Part shown: positions 38,425 to 51,405 of the stretch, in pieces | Position numbering within the stretch: position 1 is the first letter of the stretch | Layout: each line of letters opens with the position of its first letter | NCBI GenBank assembly: GCA_001179505.1 | Contig: CDMY01000305.1 | Location: forward strand, 62,001 to 126,000 | DNA length: 64,000 bases | Origin: Vitrella brassicaformis CCMP3155 | Taxonomy: Eukaryota > Protista > Chromerida | Direction of reading: 5' to 3' | Program-made: the position numbers and the translations under genes | The notes under the pieces: model-generated | Told to the model about the DNA's origin: nothing | The model's database searches: none | The model's input: the letters and a program-made list of their open reading frames with translations, nothing else

Positions 38425-41400
38425 TCAGTCTGCCAGCTCCTCGAAGTGATAGGCCACCCTACCCACAGCCTCCTCTACAGCCACGGCCTCCCTCTCCGCC
38501 CGATTCGTCTTCCTCTCGAAATTGTCATTCCTCCGCCTCTCATCCCCACAACCACCATGGCCATGTTGTCTCGATCTTCGCTGACGTTTCATGAGCTGCT
38601 GGTAGACGTGCACCAGGCCCTGAGGCGTCACGCCTGAGATCTCCGAGGCTGCTTGGAGGGTGGCTGGGCGGTGGTGGTTGAGCTTCTCGACCTCCTCCGC
38701 AGACAGACAGGGGAAAGACTCCCTGACACACACACACACACACACATGCACTGGATGTGCACCTCTGTCTCCGTGTGTTTGGTCTGTTGGCCTCATGGCC
38801 TTGTGGTCTCACTACTCACTTTGAGAAGTAGACGTGTGGGGGTATCCTCATCTGGTTGTTCTTGCGCCACGTCTCCATCTCCCTCACCTGCCTGTCCAGG
38901 TACGCCCCGTACATGCACTCGGCAGCCACCGTGTCGACCATGAAAGCCGGACTCCTCTCGTAACCCTCCCTCTCGACCTCCCCTCCCTCTCCCTCTCCCT
39001 CCTGTTGTTGCTGGTGCTGCTGCGGTTGCTGGTGCTGCTGGTTGTGTGCGATGATGACATCTTCCACCATGGGAAGGGTCACGTTGGGCATGGCCAGCGC
39101 CTCCCTCGCTGTCTTGCTCCTCTCCCGGTCGGCGCGGGCAATCGAGAGGGCTGGGCCGCCGTAGGCCATCCAGTCAGTCGAGCTGAGACGGAACGACCTA
39201 CCAGGCGACAGAAGGCATGGAGAGTTGGTGTGCGGGTGTGCTGTGGTGTTGGTTGGTCACTCGAGTCGTCTGAGCGTCTTATCGAGTAGCCTCTCGCGCA
39301 GCTGGAGGGTCTTGAACCGTTCTTCCGACACGACCCCGGCCTCGTAGCCCTTCCTTGTCAGTCTGACACACACACACATACACACAGACAGACAGACAGA
39401 CACACGCCAAGCAGACAGAGGGATCATCATCACACGTGTGTATCTGTGTGTGTCCCCGGCCTTTCACCTCATGTCAGCATTATCGCTCCTCAGCGCCAGG
39501 CGATACTCTGCCCGGGAGGTGAACATCCGGTAGGGCTCCTTCGTCCCTTTGGTGACGAGGTCGTCGACCAACACCCCGATGTAGCCCTCATCACGATCGA
39601 CAAAGAAGGGCGACTGGCCCAGCGCCGCCCTGCCCCCGTTGATGCCCGCTATGATGCCCTGAGCACCTGCCTCCTCATAGCCTGGACACGCACAGGAATG
39701 GTGAGGAATGCATGGTGTGTTGCGTGTTGTACTACTAACTAACCAGTGGTGCCGCAGATTTGGCCCGCGAGGTAGAGTCCCGGGATGGATCTCGTCTCGA
39801 GCGTGTGGAACAGGGCGCGCGCATCCACAAAGTCGTACTCGACGTCATACCTGCACGCAATGCATTTATCACATGCATCACAACGCCACACCATCCATGA
39901 GTCAGTCATGCGTGGGTGTCTGCCCATCCAGCCGGCCTTACCCGGGCCTGACGATTTCTGCCTCCTCGAGGCCAGGAATCGTCCTCAGATAGTCCGCCTG
40001 TACGTGTTCAGGGAAGCACCCCGACAGGCCGTTGGGGTACACCACGTGTGTGTTGAGCCCTTCGGGCTCTAACCACACGATGTGACGGTCACGGTCGGGG
40101 AAACGCTCAACCTGCACGCCGCGCACAGGACAGACAGACAGACAGACAGACAGAAACATACATATATTCATCGCTGCTGTGCAGGTCTGTCTGTTTATGT
40201 CGACCTTCTTCCAGATGGATGGGCAGTATCTCGGCCCCACCCCTTCCCCATCCCCACTGTCGTAGTCAGGCAGCGTGTCCAAATTCGCAGATATCACCCT
40301 TAATGAAGTGAATCAACCCACACGCACACGGTGGACACACATAGATAGGCATAGATAGATACGTTCGTCTGTCGCTGAGCGTCTGTCTATGTGCATCCAC
40401 CCACCCACCCACCCACACTGACTGAGCACCTACCTGTGAGTGTCTGCGTTGGTGTAGGTCTTGTGGCACTGGATGAAGTGGTCGCTCGGGATGGTGACGC
40501 CCCGCTGGCTGATCTGGTTGAGGAAGGAGAAGGGCTCAGGTGGGTCCTCACTCGGCTGCGCCTCCAGCCGCTCCCAATCGATGGTGCGGCCGTCCAGACG
40601 GGGAGGGGTGCCTTCGAAGGCATCGCACACATACACGGCCATACAGCACACACACCCAGTGTATTCATTTGGATGCATTTACCTGTCTTGAGCCTGCCCA
40701 GCTGGAAACCCATTCTATCGAGCGTTTGCGCCAGGCCCACCGAAGGAGGCTCAACCGCCTCCGAGTCGCGTAAATGACGGCCTGCGCTGTACCTGCACCA
40801 CACGCAGGAACGATATATCGAGATTGACCTGACGCACACAGGTGTGGTGTGGTGTGACTGCGCGACTGACCCCTGCCTTCCGATCCAGCACTTGCCCCTA
40901 AGGAAAGTGCCGGTGGTGACGACCACCCTGCCGCCCTCGATGTCCCTCCCGTCGCCCAGCCGCACCCCACGCACAGCGCCTCCATCCAGCAACACATCCT
41001 CTACTGACGCCTCTGCGAACGATCAACAGGAGAGAGAACGGTCCACCCATCCATCCATCCATCCATCCGTCCATCTGTGTGTTGCTGACCAACGATGCGC
41101 AGATTGGGGTAAGCCGACAGGGTCGCCTGCATGGCCTCCTTGTAGAGGTCCCTGTCAGCCTGTGCGCGCGGCCCCCTGACGGCCGGCCCCTTGCTGCGGT
41201 TGAGCAGCCTGAAGTGGATGCCTGCCCTGTCGATCGTCACACCCATCAGGCCGTCCAGCGCGTCGATCTCCCGCACTAAATGCCCCTTGCCGATGCCGCC
41301 GATAGAAGGGTTGCATGACATCTCACCTGAACAACAACAAAACCCACCCACCCACACACAACATACGCACACGGGGTGGACTGAACTTCACCTGCCGCGG

Positions 41401-41826
41401 CTGGCTTGCTCACCGATGGTGTCGGTCCTCTGTGTGACGAGTACGGTGTCCGCTCCAGTCCGCGCCGCGCCTGCAGCGGCCTCGCAGCCGGCATGGCCGC
41501 CGCCAATCACCACCACATCGGCCTTGAGCGGTGCAAGGGAGGAGAGCGGAGGCAGGGATGACACAGACGAGCGATGCCGCGAACGCATCCGGTCATGAAA
41601 ACCCTGAAAACGATGCAGAGGAAGCCGCAGACAGGGATGAATGCGGTGTCTTTGTCTGCTGTGTAGTCTCGTGTGCGTATCATACCGATGTGAGAAAGGC
41701 GTGTTTGTGTTTGCGGCTGACAATAGGCCTCCTGCGGACCATCGGCTGGCATGGCTCGCCGCTGCCGCATCCAGACGACGACGTCAGCAAGGAGGTGAAG
41801 AGCGCTCCTTCACTCAACAGCTTCAT
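38425..41826 (-). CDS. mnmG: tRNA uridine 5-carboxymethylaminomethyl modification enzyme MnmG/GidA/MTO1, organellar
   Basis: [114 protein letters not shown]. The start at 41826 is inferred; an alternative ATG lies at 41588. Confidence 0.95.
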
Positions 41827-42158
41827 TCAGCAGACAGTGGCCAGATCTATAGCTCTATGAGGCCTTCCATGCTATCCGTGATCCACAGAAGAGCTGGCGG
41901 AATAGCTCGCGGCTCGTCGACAGCCAGCGCAGCGGCACCAGCTCCGCGAGCGCAAAAGGGACGGAAAATGCCAAGCTCGCATTCTGCGATCGCCCGAGGG
42001 GGCGAGGATGGATATCTTTCGCGTTTGAGCGTTTTCGACGGACGAGAGGGACATGCTCAATCGCCTCATAAGCCAAAACAACATCAGCTCTGCTTCGTCA
42101 CCATACTCACCATCAGCGAGTATGGCCGGCGTGAAGTGGTGAGTAGGGAGGCCTCCTG

Positions 42159-44239
42159 ATGGCCAAGCGACACTGCCCGCGTCAAGAGGTGAGAAGAAGG
42201 GAACCAAAAACACGGAGGATAAGACGCACGCCGCACCGCGTGAAGCTCTCGTGTGCCTGTGTTCGTTCAGAAGGATGTAGATGGGATGTTAGCCGACGGT
42301 GATGACGCTGATGCCTCACAGCAGGGCGGACAGCAGGTGCGCGGATGATGCATTAATGCAGTCACATGTATACAGCTTCTCGGTCTTGTGTGTTGCTTGC
42401 TTTGTGCAACAGTCGTCTGCCTCGCTGCCCCTCTGGGTGGTGCCGCCCGATACGCTCTCGACAATCCTCCTGCCCCTGCTCGCCACACAGTGCGTCGTCG
42501 GCACACTCTCACTCGTCCGCAAGGCGTTCCACGCCATCGCCGCAGACCCCTCCAACCACCACACCGTCTTCATCCGCAGCCACAAGCCCATCCACCTCAC
42601 ACACACGCAGCTCCGCGTGTGGCCTCCTCGACTCAGTCAGACCAAGCGGGCGGTGCTCATCTGTCCGGTGACGGAGAGCGTCGCGAGTCTGATCGAGGGC
42701 ATGCGGCGCACCCTGGCGTACCTCCATCTGGACGAGCCGGTGTCACAACTGCAGCGAACGCATAGGCTGCTGTCGATGCGCCAGGTGACGTCGATGTTAG
42801 TGTTCTCGGCGCTTGAGGAGGTGCGTGTGGGCGGCGAGTGGGTGCAGGCTGCGCGCCGCAAGAGATGGGCACTCAGGTGAGCGAACACGCTAAGGAACGA
42901 CTCACACAGCATAGCGGTTCCCATGGTGTGTGTGCGTCGTTTCAGATGGCTGGTGTCGTTGAGCATCCGCGACAGCCCTTTGAGTGGTCGGCGGGCGGAC
43001 CTCGTGTGGTGGTGGCGGTCACACTCTTCACGCCTCCGGTCGTTTGAGTTCGACGATGGCGGCCGTGGAGGAGGGCATTCCTTGCACGAGCTGCTCGTGA
43101 CAACCACCTTCGTGCGTGACCTGCGTGCGCTGAAGGTGCTGCGGCTCACCACCAGTGGGTCCTCCTTTCCTGAGGTGGACGACACGGACCTGCTGGCTGA
43201 GCACGGCCTCAGACTTGAGGAGATCGACATCGCCATCGTAGGAACCGACCATTCGGACAAGGTGGGGCGCCAACAACCGCAGAAAGGCAGCACTCTGTAT
43301 TCTTGTCTGTGTGAGTGTGTCCCACAGTTTGTCGAGACGGACCTGTTGCGCAAGTCGTGCCTGGCGCCTGGGGCGATTGAGCGATGGGACCGGAGCGACT
43401 TCTGCTTCGACACCCACTTCCTCTTCGGCGGCGAAACGACGTCGGCCGAGGAGCTGTCCAGACGCGCCGACAGCATCAAGCTGCTCGCCTCTGTAGCTAC
43501 CAAAGTGCATCTGACCGCTTACCTCGGCGATGCTGCACGAGTGCCGTACCCCGCACTCTACGCCATCGTCCCATCGCTCGTATTTTCGCGGGCAGAGCAT
43601 CTGTGTCTTGACTGCGACTTTCTGCCTGAGATGGTGCTGTCCAATGTCGCCCACATGTTTCCCTGCGTGAGACGGGTGGAGGCGATGGTGGGATATTTTG
43701 CTGATGAGTTGAGACAGAGAGTGCTGGGGCAGCTGCCAGCCCTCGAGGCACTCGTCGACAGTGTGTCGGAAAGAGACGAGGACGGCGAGTTTCTGATGCG
43801 AGTCGATCAGATAGAAAAGGACAGGCCAATCGTCGAGCGCATTCACCACATCACTGCCCACACGCAGTTGCACTACGAGCAAGGCGACACAAGCGATTTC
43901 TTCAGAACTTGTAGAGAGCTGGCCCACTCGTGTGCGCGGGCGGTTCACTTTCTGCCCCGTTTAGAGAGGATCGTTGTTGGCATGAGGGTTGGAGGCGAGG
44001 GGTGGGAGGGGCAGGAAGACATAGTGGCCACGCTGCAAGAAAATCGGACGTTCCGTCCTGACACGGACGACTTCACTCAGGTGGCTTTTCACCGCTTGCT
44101 TCGTTTCTATGGCTTTGAGATGGTGGAGCTGCCCCGGCTGGCCTTCGACTGTCGTGTGGAGATGCGCCGGCTCGGCCTGTGCATCCCATCACAGAAACGC
44201 ATCACTGACTACTTCTCTGCCAGACAAAGAGTGAGATAG
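42159..44239 (+). CDS. Lineage-specific F-box-like/LRR-like protein with a C-terminal PCNA-interacting (PIP) box
   Basis: MAKRHCPRQE|SSASLPLWVVPPDTLSTILLPLL...WALR|WLVSL...DHSDK|FVETD..., with LRR-like FSALEEV, LRALKVLRL, FPCVRRV and LPALEAL segments, ending QKRITDYFSARQRVR*. Confidence 0.75.
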
Positions 44240-45183
44240 ACAGGGGGAGGGCGGTGGTAGCTGTACAGGCGGTCGGTGGACTTGGGAACGGTTGTGTCTG
44301 CGTGTGTGTGGGGAGGTGTTTGTCGATGTGGTCGTCTCCCTACGCTAGGCCTGGCCTGCATACGATGGGGGCCTATTGCTTGGTGACGCACACATCGCTG
44401 AACATTTAAATACCCATGCGCAAGACGCCGGCGGAGTGTGTGTGAATATGATAGATAGCCTGACTGAATGGGATGTACGTCAGAGACACAGCTAGCTGTG
44501 AATGCCATGGGTGCCTGACCAGTCAATGTGTGCGTGAACATTCAATTCTCACGAATGTTATCATGACAGCAGGTCCTGCCGTCGAACGACCAGTGCAGTA
44601 ACCCAGAGCAGCGACAGCCACAACACAAATACACACACACACACACACACGCCCATACAAAGAAAGAAAGAGAGAGAGAGAGAGAGAGACGGTCACTGTA
44701 CTGTCGACCTACCCCGCATAGCATCATCCCCCCATCCCCCTCTCCCGCCACCTTTTTGTGTGCAGACTCTTGCTCGCCAGCAACTCATCCAACAGCTCCT
44801 CATCCGCACCAAAACACCACGCCGTGCTCACCAAAGCGGCCGGATATCTCTTGCCGGCCTTTTGTGAGTACAGCAGAGACATCACCTCCCTGTCTGCACG
44901 GTTGCCCGCCTTGCGTGGCCGTCGGGCGGGCGAAGTAAAGCCGTCTGATTGCCAGCTTAAGTGTTCCCCTCTGCCTCCAAGAGCCAGTGAGACAGGTAGG
45001 TGTGCGTGTCTGGTCGGTCGGGCTGCACAGATGATGAACTTGAAGGTGTGTATACTCAGTCCGTGTGTGATGACTGACAAATAGTCTCTCTCCTCGGAAT
45101 GCCGATATCAACCCACGCCTTCACCAACTGAAGAAAGCTCAGTCACCCACTAACTCCCGGCGCCCGCTCGCCCACTCACTCGC

Positions 45184-48180
45184 TTACACAGACCCCCCAC
45201 TGAGTCTCTTCCTCTTTTCTTCCGTCAATCCCCCGTCTGCAGCGCAGCCATTGGCTCCGACGCACTTGACAGCGTCCAGCAAATCGGAGGCCATCGATTT
45301 CGCCTTCAGCCGCAGCGTGCCATCACTCGACTGCTGATGGAGGCGAAACTCCACCTCATTGATGTCAACAGATATCAACACGCTGTCCGACAAATGGTCA
45401 ACCTGCAATCACGAGAGACATCTTTTGATCAATCGCCTGTTCCTTTTGTTGATTGAGGTTGACGCACCACCGAGTTGAGGGGCGCAAAGTTTGTCTTCCC
45501 ATATGCCTCCCTCCGCTCATAGAAATGCTGTATCCTTCGCATCATTCCTCCAGCCCACAGAGAGGCGTTGACGGCCACACCGGGCGGACAGCTTAAGAAC
45601 AGAGAACAGAACTGTTTGGCCGCCGTTGTGTAGCCTCTGCAAGGACAGGACCGGAGTAAGCGGATGAAGAAAGGCTCTTTTCATGTGTGCCTTTCCGTGC
45701 TTACTCTGGCCAAAATTGCAGAGAGACATCCGGGATGCCCGCGATGTGAAAAGAGGGCGACACCAGGGGCTCGCCGCGGCACACGGATAATCTTTCTGAG
45801 AGGTTGTTGATGCGCCACTCTGCCTGCATGGACGCACATGAGACATGGATGGACAAACAATGGAGGGAGGGTCCGTGGACGTGTCTCACCTTCTTGACAT
45901 GTTTGTCTTCCCACCTCCTCAGCTCCTTTTGCAGGTTGTGGCTGATCTGCTGGTCCGTGACGCACTCGACCTCCAGCCCACCACAACACACAGCCTCCTC
46001 CCTCTCTCTCTCGCTGTCGGCAGTCGATGGATCAGACAGGGGCAGCGGGGCGGCAGGCCCATCGAGAGACGACGTGCTGCTGACGTCCAGGATCTCAACA
46101 GTGACGTACATGCCCCTCAATAAGTGGCCGAATACCCCTCTCAGCTCCTCTTTCCCTTTCCCATTCTCAGAGGTAACCAGCAGCTTCTCAGCCGCGGCCT
46201 TCTGGAACCGTTGCATTGGTGGAAAGTCCCAGAGGCTGTCGCCCCCCGCCCGCCCTCGGTGTCTTAGCTGCGGCCCGTGCAATTCGGTCCATGTGGCACT
46301 GTCGAAGGGCCACCCATGTCCGCCCTCACCCTCATCAGCACACGGCACGAACGCCCGCTCTTCTTGCTGCGGCGGGGGCAGGCATGTGATTGACCGGGAG
46401 TGGAGTGCGGCTGTGGCGGCCGCCCGCTGCATGTTGGCGTCTGGGTGTAAGTGAAAGCGGCTGGCGAAGGTGTGGGTGACGGGTGGAGAGGACGCGATGC
46501 TGCCCATTGCGCTTGCGGCGAGGTCTGGGTTATCGGGGGCTTGTGAGCCGAGACCGATGCGGAAGTGGACGTGGATGCCTGCAGGGGCCCACAGGTAGAT
46601 GGATATCTCACCGGCCGCCCCGGCTATGCTGCCCTTTGACGGTCTCCCCTTTGTCGACGACCTGTGGGCAGGAGACGGGAGAAGTAAAACTCGGACTGAG
46701 CCTTTCCCCTCCCTCCCTCACCCACCCCTGCGACTGAGCCTTGCTGGTGCGGAGGCTGGTGCTTTTGGCGACACCCGCCTGCAGTGGGGCCGGCGGCACA
46801 GCTAGCACAACCACAGGCTGAGACACATCTGCTCTCTGGTTTGGGTCTGCAGCAACGGCAGCAGTAGATGTGCCGGCGTCGGCATTTGCATCCGTACGAG
46901 GAGCATCCTCTATCGATGGCTGCATTGCCGGCGGCTCCTCACTCTTGGCTGGTCTGGGCGTGATGGCCATCTGCAGCTGCAGATACGGAATCTGCACACA
47001 TGGACAAGATATGGAAGAGAAGACAGGTATGATTGAAATGACATCCATCCATCCACCCGTCCGTGCAGTCTACCCCTGCAGCCGCGAAGGACGGCGAAAA
47101 AAGAACAAGGGGAAGCTCTGTGGTCTCAGTAAGGTTCGTGGGCAGCCTCCACAAGACTTTGCGAACAGACATCGACTCGCACGTGTCAATTCGCAATATG
47201 TTATCTTCCAGGATGGCGGTAAAGCGTGTAGCCGTCGCATAATGCGCCGCAGCGAGCCTGTGCAGGTGTTGCGCCATGTCGTCACGGATACTCGCAGAGC
47301 TCTGCTCCATCTGGGAGTGCAGCACCCTCTCCGTCTCCCTCAGCTTGGCCGTCTGGCTCCTGATCTCATGTATCGACTCCTTCTTGTGTGTCTCGAGCTC
47401 GCCCCTGATCTGCGTCTGGATGTTGCTGAGCTCGTCGCCCTTTGAGTCGAGATCGTCGCGGATGGCCGATGTGGCTGATTTGAGTGCTGTCTCGAGGTTG
47501 TTGGCCGTCGAGGTGAGAGCCCTCTGCAGTCCGCCCACTTTGGACCTGTCAAGATCGTCGATGCGGGAGATGAGGTCGGTCTCCAGCTCGTCGATCCGCT
47601 CTGTGACCTCCTTTAATCGCTCATCCGTATGGGTCTCGAGGGATGACACACGATCATTGACGGCCTGCACTCATTCATTCATTCACACAATCCACAGACA
47701 CAAATCGACGAGGGTTGACATGAGGGAAAGATAGTGAGTGAGCCTTGCTCAGCCACCTTCGATTCGTTGGAAATGCGGTCATTTTGGTCCGTCTGATGCG
47801 CGGTGATGAAATGCACAACAAATGACCAGTGCATTGCAAGCACTTTCCTCAGTACCCACCCACCACTTTGCCCGACAGTGACTGGAGCTGCTGCATGAGG
47901 GTCTCAGCCATGGCTGCACTCGCCTGGTTTTGCTTCTCCAGAGCCTCCACATGTGCTGTCAGATCCTCCACTGACTTCTCCAGCACTGAACAGAAGAGAG
48001 GCCAAAACACACTAAAATGGTGGTCCCCTCACCGTGTTCTGTGCATGTTTGCATCCCCTCACCGTTGTTCCTGCTCTGAAGCTCTTCGATTTGGTCGAGA
48101 GCCGCCGTGAGCTTGGGGTTTGGCTCTGTGGGGGGGCTCCTCGGGTCAGGATCAGGGGCAACAGAACGCCTGCTCTTCAT
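45184..48180 (-). CDS. Coiled-coil + two MATH/TRAF-like domain protein
   Basis: Long heptad region, then VLWRL...LFSPSFAAAG|IPYLQLQM...EISIYLWAPAGIHVHFRIG and AEWRINNLSERL...SPSFHIAGIPDVSLQFWPE|GYTTAAKQFCSLFLSCPPG...YGKTNF...DSVLISVDI. The start is uncertain. Confidence 0.75.
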
Positions 48181-48434
48181 CTCTCGAGTCTCCGGTGCGT
48201 GAGAACACTTCTACGTGGGACGAAGGGCCTTTCCTCCGCCTCTCTCTCCCTTTGGTACCGATGAGAAGCTCGCAAGTGCAGAGGGACACCAATCATGCAT
48301 GAATGACAGGTATGAAGCATCTGCGTAGACATTTTCACATTTGCCATCTTCCATAATGATTCCACCCCTCTGTTGTGTTGTGGTGTGTGCACAGGTGTTT
48401 GTGTGATGGATCCATAGCACACACTCCACTCGCA

Positions 48435-50521
48435 ATGTGGGACCTCTTCTGGGCCGTGGTGACTATGAACTTTGTCGGCGGGATCTGCTACGCGTTCTTC
48501 GAGGCGCTGATCTCTGTCATGCTCACCGGTACGCAGACAGACAACGGACACACAGGATATACAGCATATCACACCAAGGCAGCATGATTGTCCGTTTTCC
48601 TCTGTGCAGGCTGCGGCATTGCGCCTTCTGAGGTGGCTGGCTGAGGCAAATGCAGACCCTCGTTTGCATGGCGCGTTTGTGTTCAGACGGGGTTGATTCT
48701 CTTTGCTGCGACGGTGACGGGCGTATTTAGCCAGCCATACGCCTGCTACTTTGCAGATACCAAGTCAGTCTATCGTACATTTAAAGAAGGCCCAGGCCAC
48801 GCACATCCATCCATCCATCCTTCCCTGTGTGTGGTGTGTGGTGTTGTCAGGTCGGTCAACAAGCTGTTGAGATACTCCTTTCTCGTCAAGCACATCCCGG
48901 TGATCATGCTGGTGTTCCTCGTGTGGGACTGCGCCAAGATTGCCTACGAAGCCAAGCTGATCCTCTTCATGGTCTGCCTCGGCGCCTTCTTCATCATGGC
49001 CTTCCAGCCGCCCATTCTCGACAATGCCGTCATCGAAAAGTACAAGGGCCGCTTCGGCCAGACACGGCTGATGATATCTGTGGGACGACTGGTAGGCGGG
49101 CGCAACGCAATCGAGGCCGCGTGAGTCTCTCTCTCTCTATGGGTGCGTGTGTGTGTATGTGCATTGCAATTAGGTGGGTGGAGTGGCGAGCGCCCCCATC
49201 CTACAGATCTACGGCATGGTGGGCTGCCTCCTCTGCCGCCTGGTCATGTGCACAGTCATCTTCATTCTCTCATGCACTTTCTACGTCGAGAAGACACGCA
49301 TGCGGCTCGCCTTGGCGGGCAGGCCGGGCTCTCTGGCCGTCACCCAGTCCACAGCTCCCGGCATCCCGGAGGCAGAACAGGCCATCGAGCACTCTCGCCG
49401 TCTGTCGCTGGAGAACGTCCACCGTCGATTCTCGGCTTTTATGGAGCGCATCAGTGGGCTGCTGACGGTGCCGTTCCTGACGTTTCTCGCCGTTATGACG
49501 GTCAATGGGATGGCGGGGGCCGTCTTCGACGCCTACGTGAACGTGCTGCTGATCGATGTTTTTGACGTGCCGCAGTACATGCTAGGGTGAGGGGGAGATG
49601 AGAAGGGGGGAGGCGGCAGTTGGTGTATCTATCGCCCTCTGTGTGTGCAGGTATGCGACCACAGCAGCGGCGGTTGGCAACTTCCCGGCCTTTTTCTTTG
49701 CCGACATCGGCCTGGAGCTGCTGGGAAGTCGTGGTTTGGTTCTGGTGGGGATGGCGGCCACCGCGATGCGCTGTCTGTGCATCTGGGCCGCTGTCCATCC
49801 CCTTCTCGTCGTCACCACCAATGCGCTCCACGGCGCCGCTTTCGGCCTCCTCACTGTCGGCGCCGTTGCGTACGCAAAAGAGTCAGCACCATATGGCATG
49901 AAGAACACTGCACAGGTACGCTCCTGCACACACCACACCCGCAATGCGACCAAATCAGTGAATGGCACGTGTGTGTCTGTCTGTCAGGGGTTGATTGCGA
50001 CGGCCATGCAGGGTCTGGGCACGTCCTTTGGCGTGTTGCTGGGGGGCTTCATCTACAATGCAGCGGGCGGGCGGATGCTGTTCCTCATCAAGGCCATCAT
50101 CGTCTCGGTGGCTGCAGCGGCGTTCGCCTTCGTCGACACGCTCGATCCTGAGCTCGCCGCAATCAGCCGACTGACCTCGCCACCCAGAAGGTACCTCATT
50201 CTCCCGTGCCCAGCACACAGGACAACAAGCGCACCACACGCACTGCCCACCCTCCCTCCCTCCCTGTGTGTGGCATGCAGTCCTTTGCACGCTGAGACCA
50301 AGGCGCATGCCGAGGCGGCCGCCTGCTTTCCACCGATGTCACAGAGCGAGCTGGCGGTCATCTTAGACAATACGGGCGAGGAATCGGGCACCGACACATC
50401 CGGTGAGGACCAGACTGTTGGCCCTTCCACGCTGCCGGCAGCCAGCGATGGTCGAGTGGAGAGGGACATGCTGGAGGGCACAAGGACGGAGCCCCTTTTG
50501 GGGTTGGATCAGTCACTTTAG
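48435..50521 (+). CDS. Major facilitator superfamily transporter (MFSD6/MFS_1-like)
   Basis: PILDNAVIEKYKGRFGQTRLMISVG, NALHGAAFGL, AYAKESAPYGMKNTAQ|GLIATAMQGLGTSFGVLLGGFIYNAAGGRMLF; roughly 12 hydrophobic segments. Confidence 0.87.
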
Positions 50522-51405
50522 TAGCCATGGGGGCGGCTAGCTGACGGACGCGTGAACCAGAGAGAGACATCGGTGGATGGATGGATGGTGTGTAGCTGGG
50601 AAGACAAGACAAGACAGTGTGCGCGTCGCGTCCGCCTCCTGTATAGGTCGTTTGTTTCATTGTGCGTATGTGCCTGTGTGTGTGTGTGTGGGTGTGGGTG
50701 TGTGTCGGTGAGTATATATGTTACATAGGCAGCAGGTGCATTGGCCTGTCTGCCCATTTATTTGTGTCAGCGAAAACAGCTATTTGTAGAGACGGACAGG
50801 CAGACAGGCAGACAGGCGGGCGGGCGGCGAGTCGGTCCGTTTTTGGCGGTTAGGTTTTTGTCGCCGTTGATGGCTAGGCAGGAAAGTCAATGAAGGTGTG
50901 GCGCAAGCATCCAGGGATGCAACTGCGGAGAATGAGTGTGTGGATGAGTGTGTGCGTGCGTGCGAACGACACACACACCCACCAGGCTGGTCGAGAGGAG
51001 CCGTGTACGACTATTAGTGAGAGCTCAATAATCACTTAAAATAATCAGGGCAATCAGCTGGAGAGATCCACACACTCTTGCTGACAAACGGCGAAAATGA
51101 GGCTGTAGTTGATTTGTCTTCTCTGATCAAACACTACTCGAGTGCGGGGACTCGAGAGTGATTGAACGACTAGATGTCAGACGTGAAGGTTTTCTGTGCA
51201 GTATGAAGGTACGTGACGTCACGGTGGGATGCTTCCTGCCTCGCCGAGTGCAAACCACATAATTCATTGCCAGAGTACCTGTCGTCCTATCCACACGATC
51301 ACGACACAGAGAACACACGGACAAGAGTCGATGGACAACCATAGCCACAAGTTGCGGCAACTTTGACATCTCATCACCCCACAACCCACCCCTAACTAAA
51401 TGCGC

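Noticed and set aside
50990-51400. Relatively AT-rich, microsatellite-poor stretch as a possible snRNA/snoRNA
   Set aside because: No convincing C/D, H/ACA, Sm-site or U-snRNA signature recognised by eye; an Infernal/Rfam scan would be decisive.
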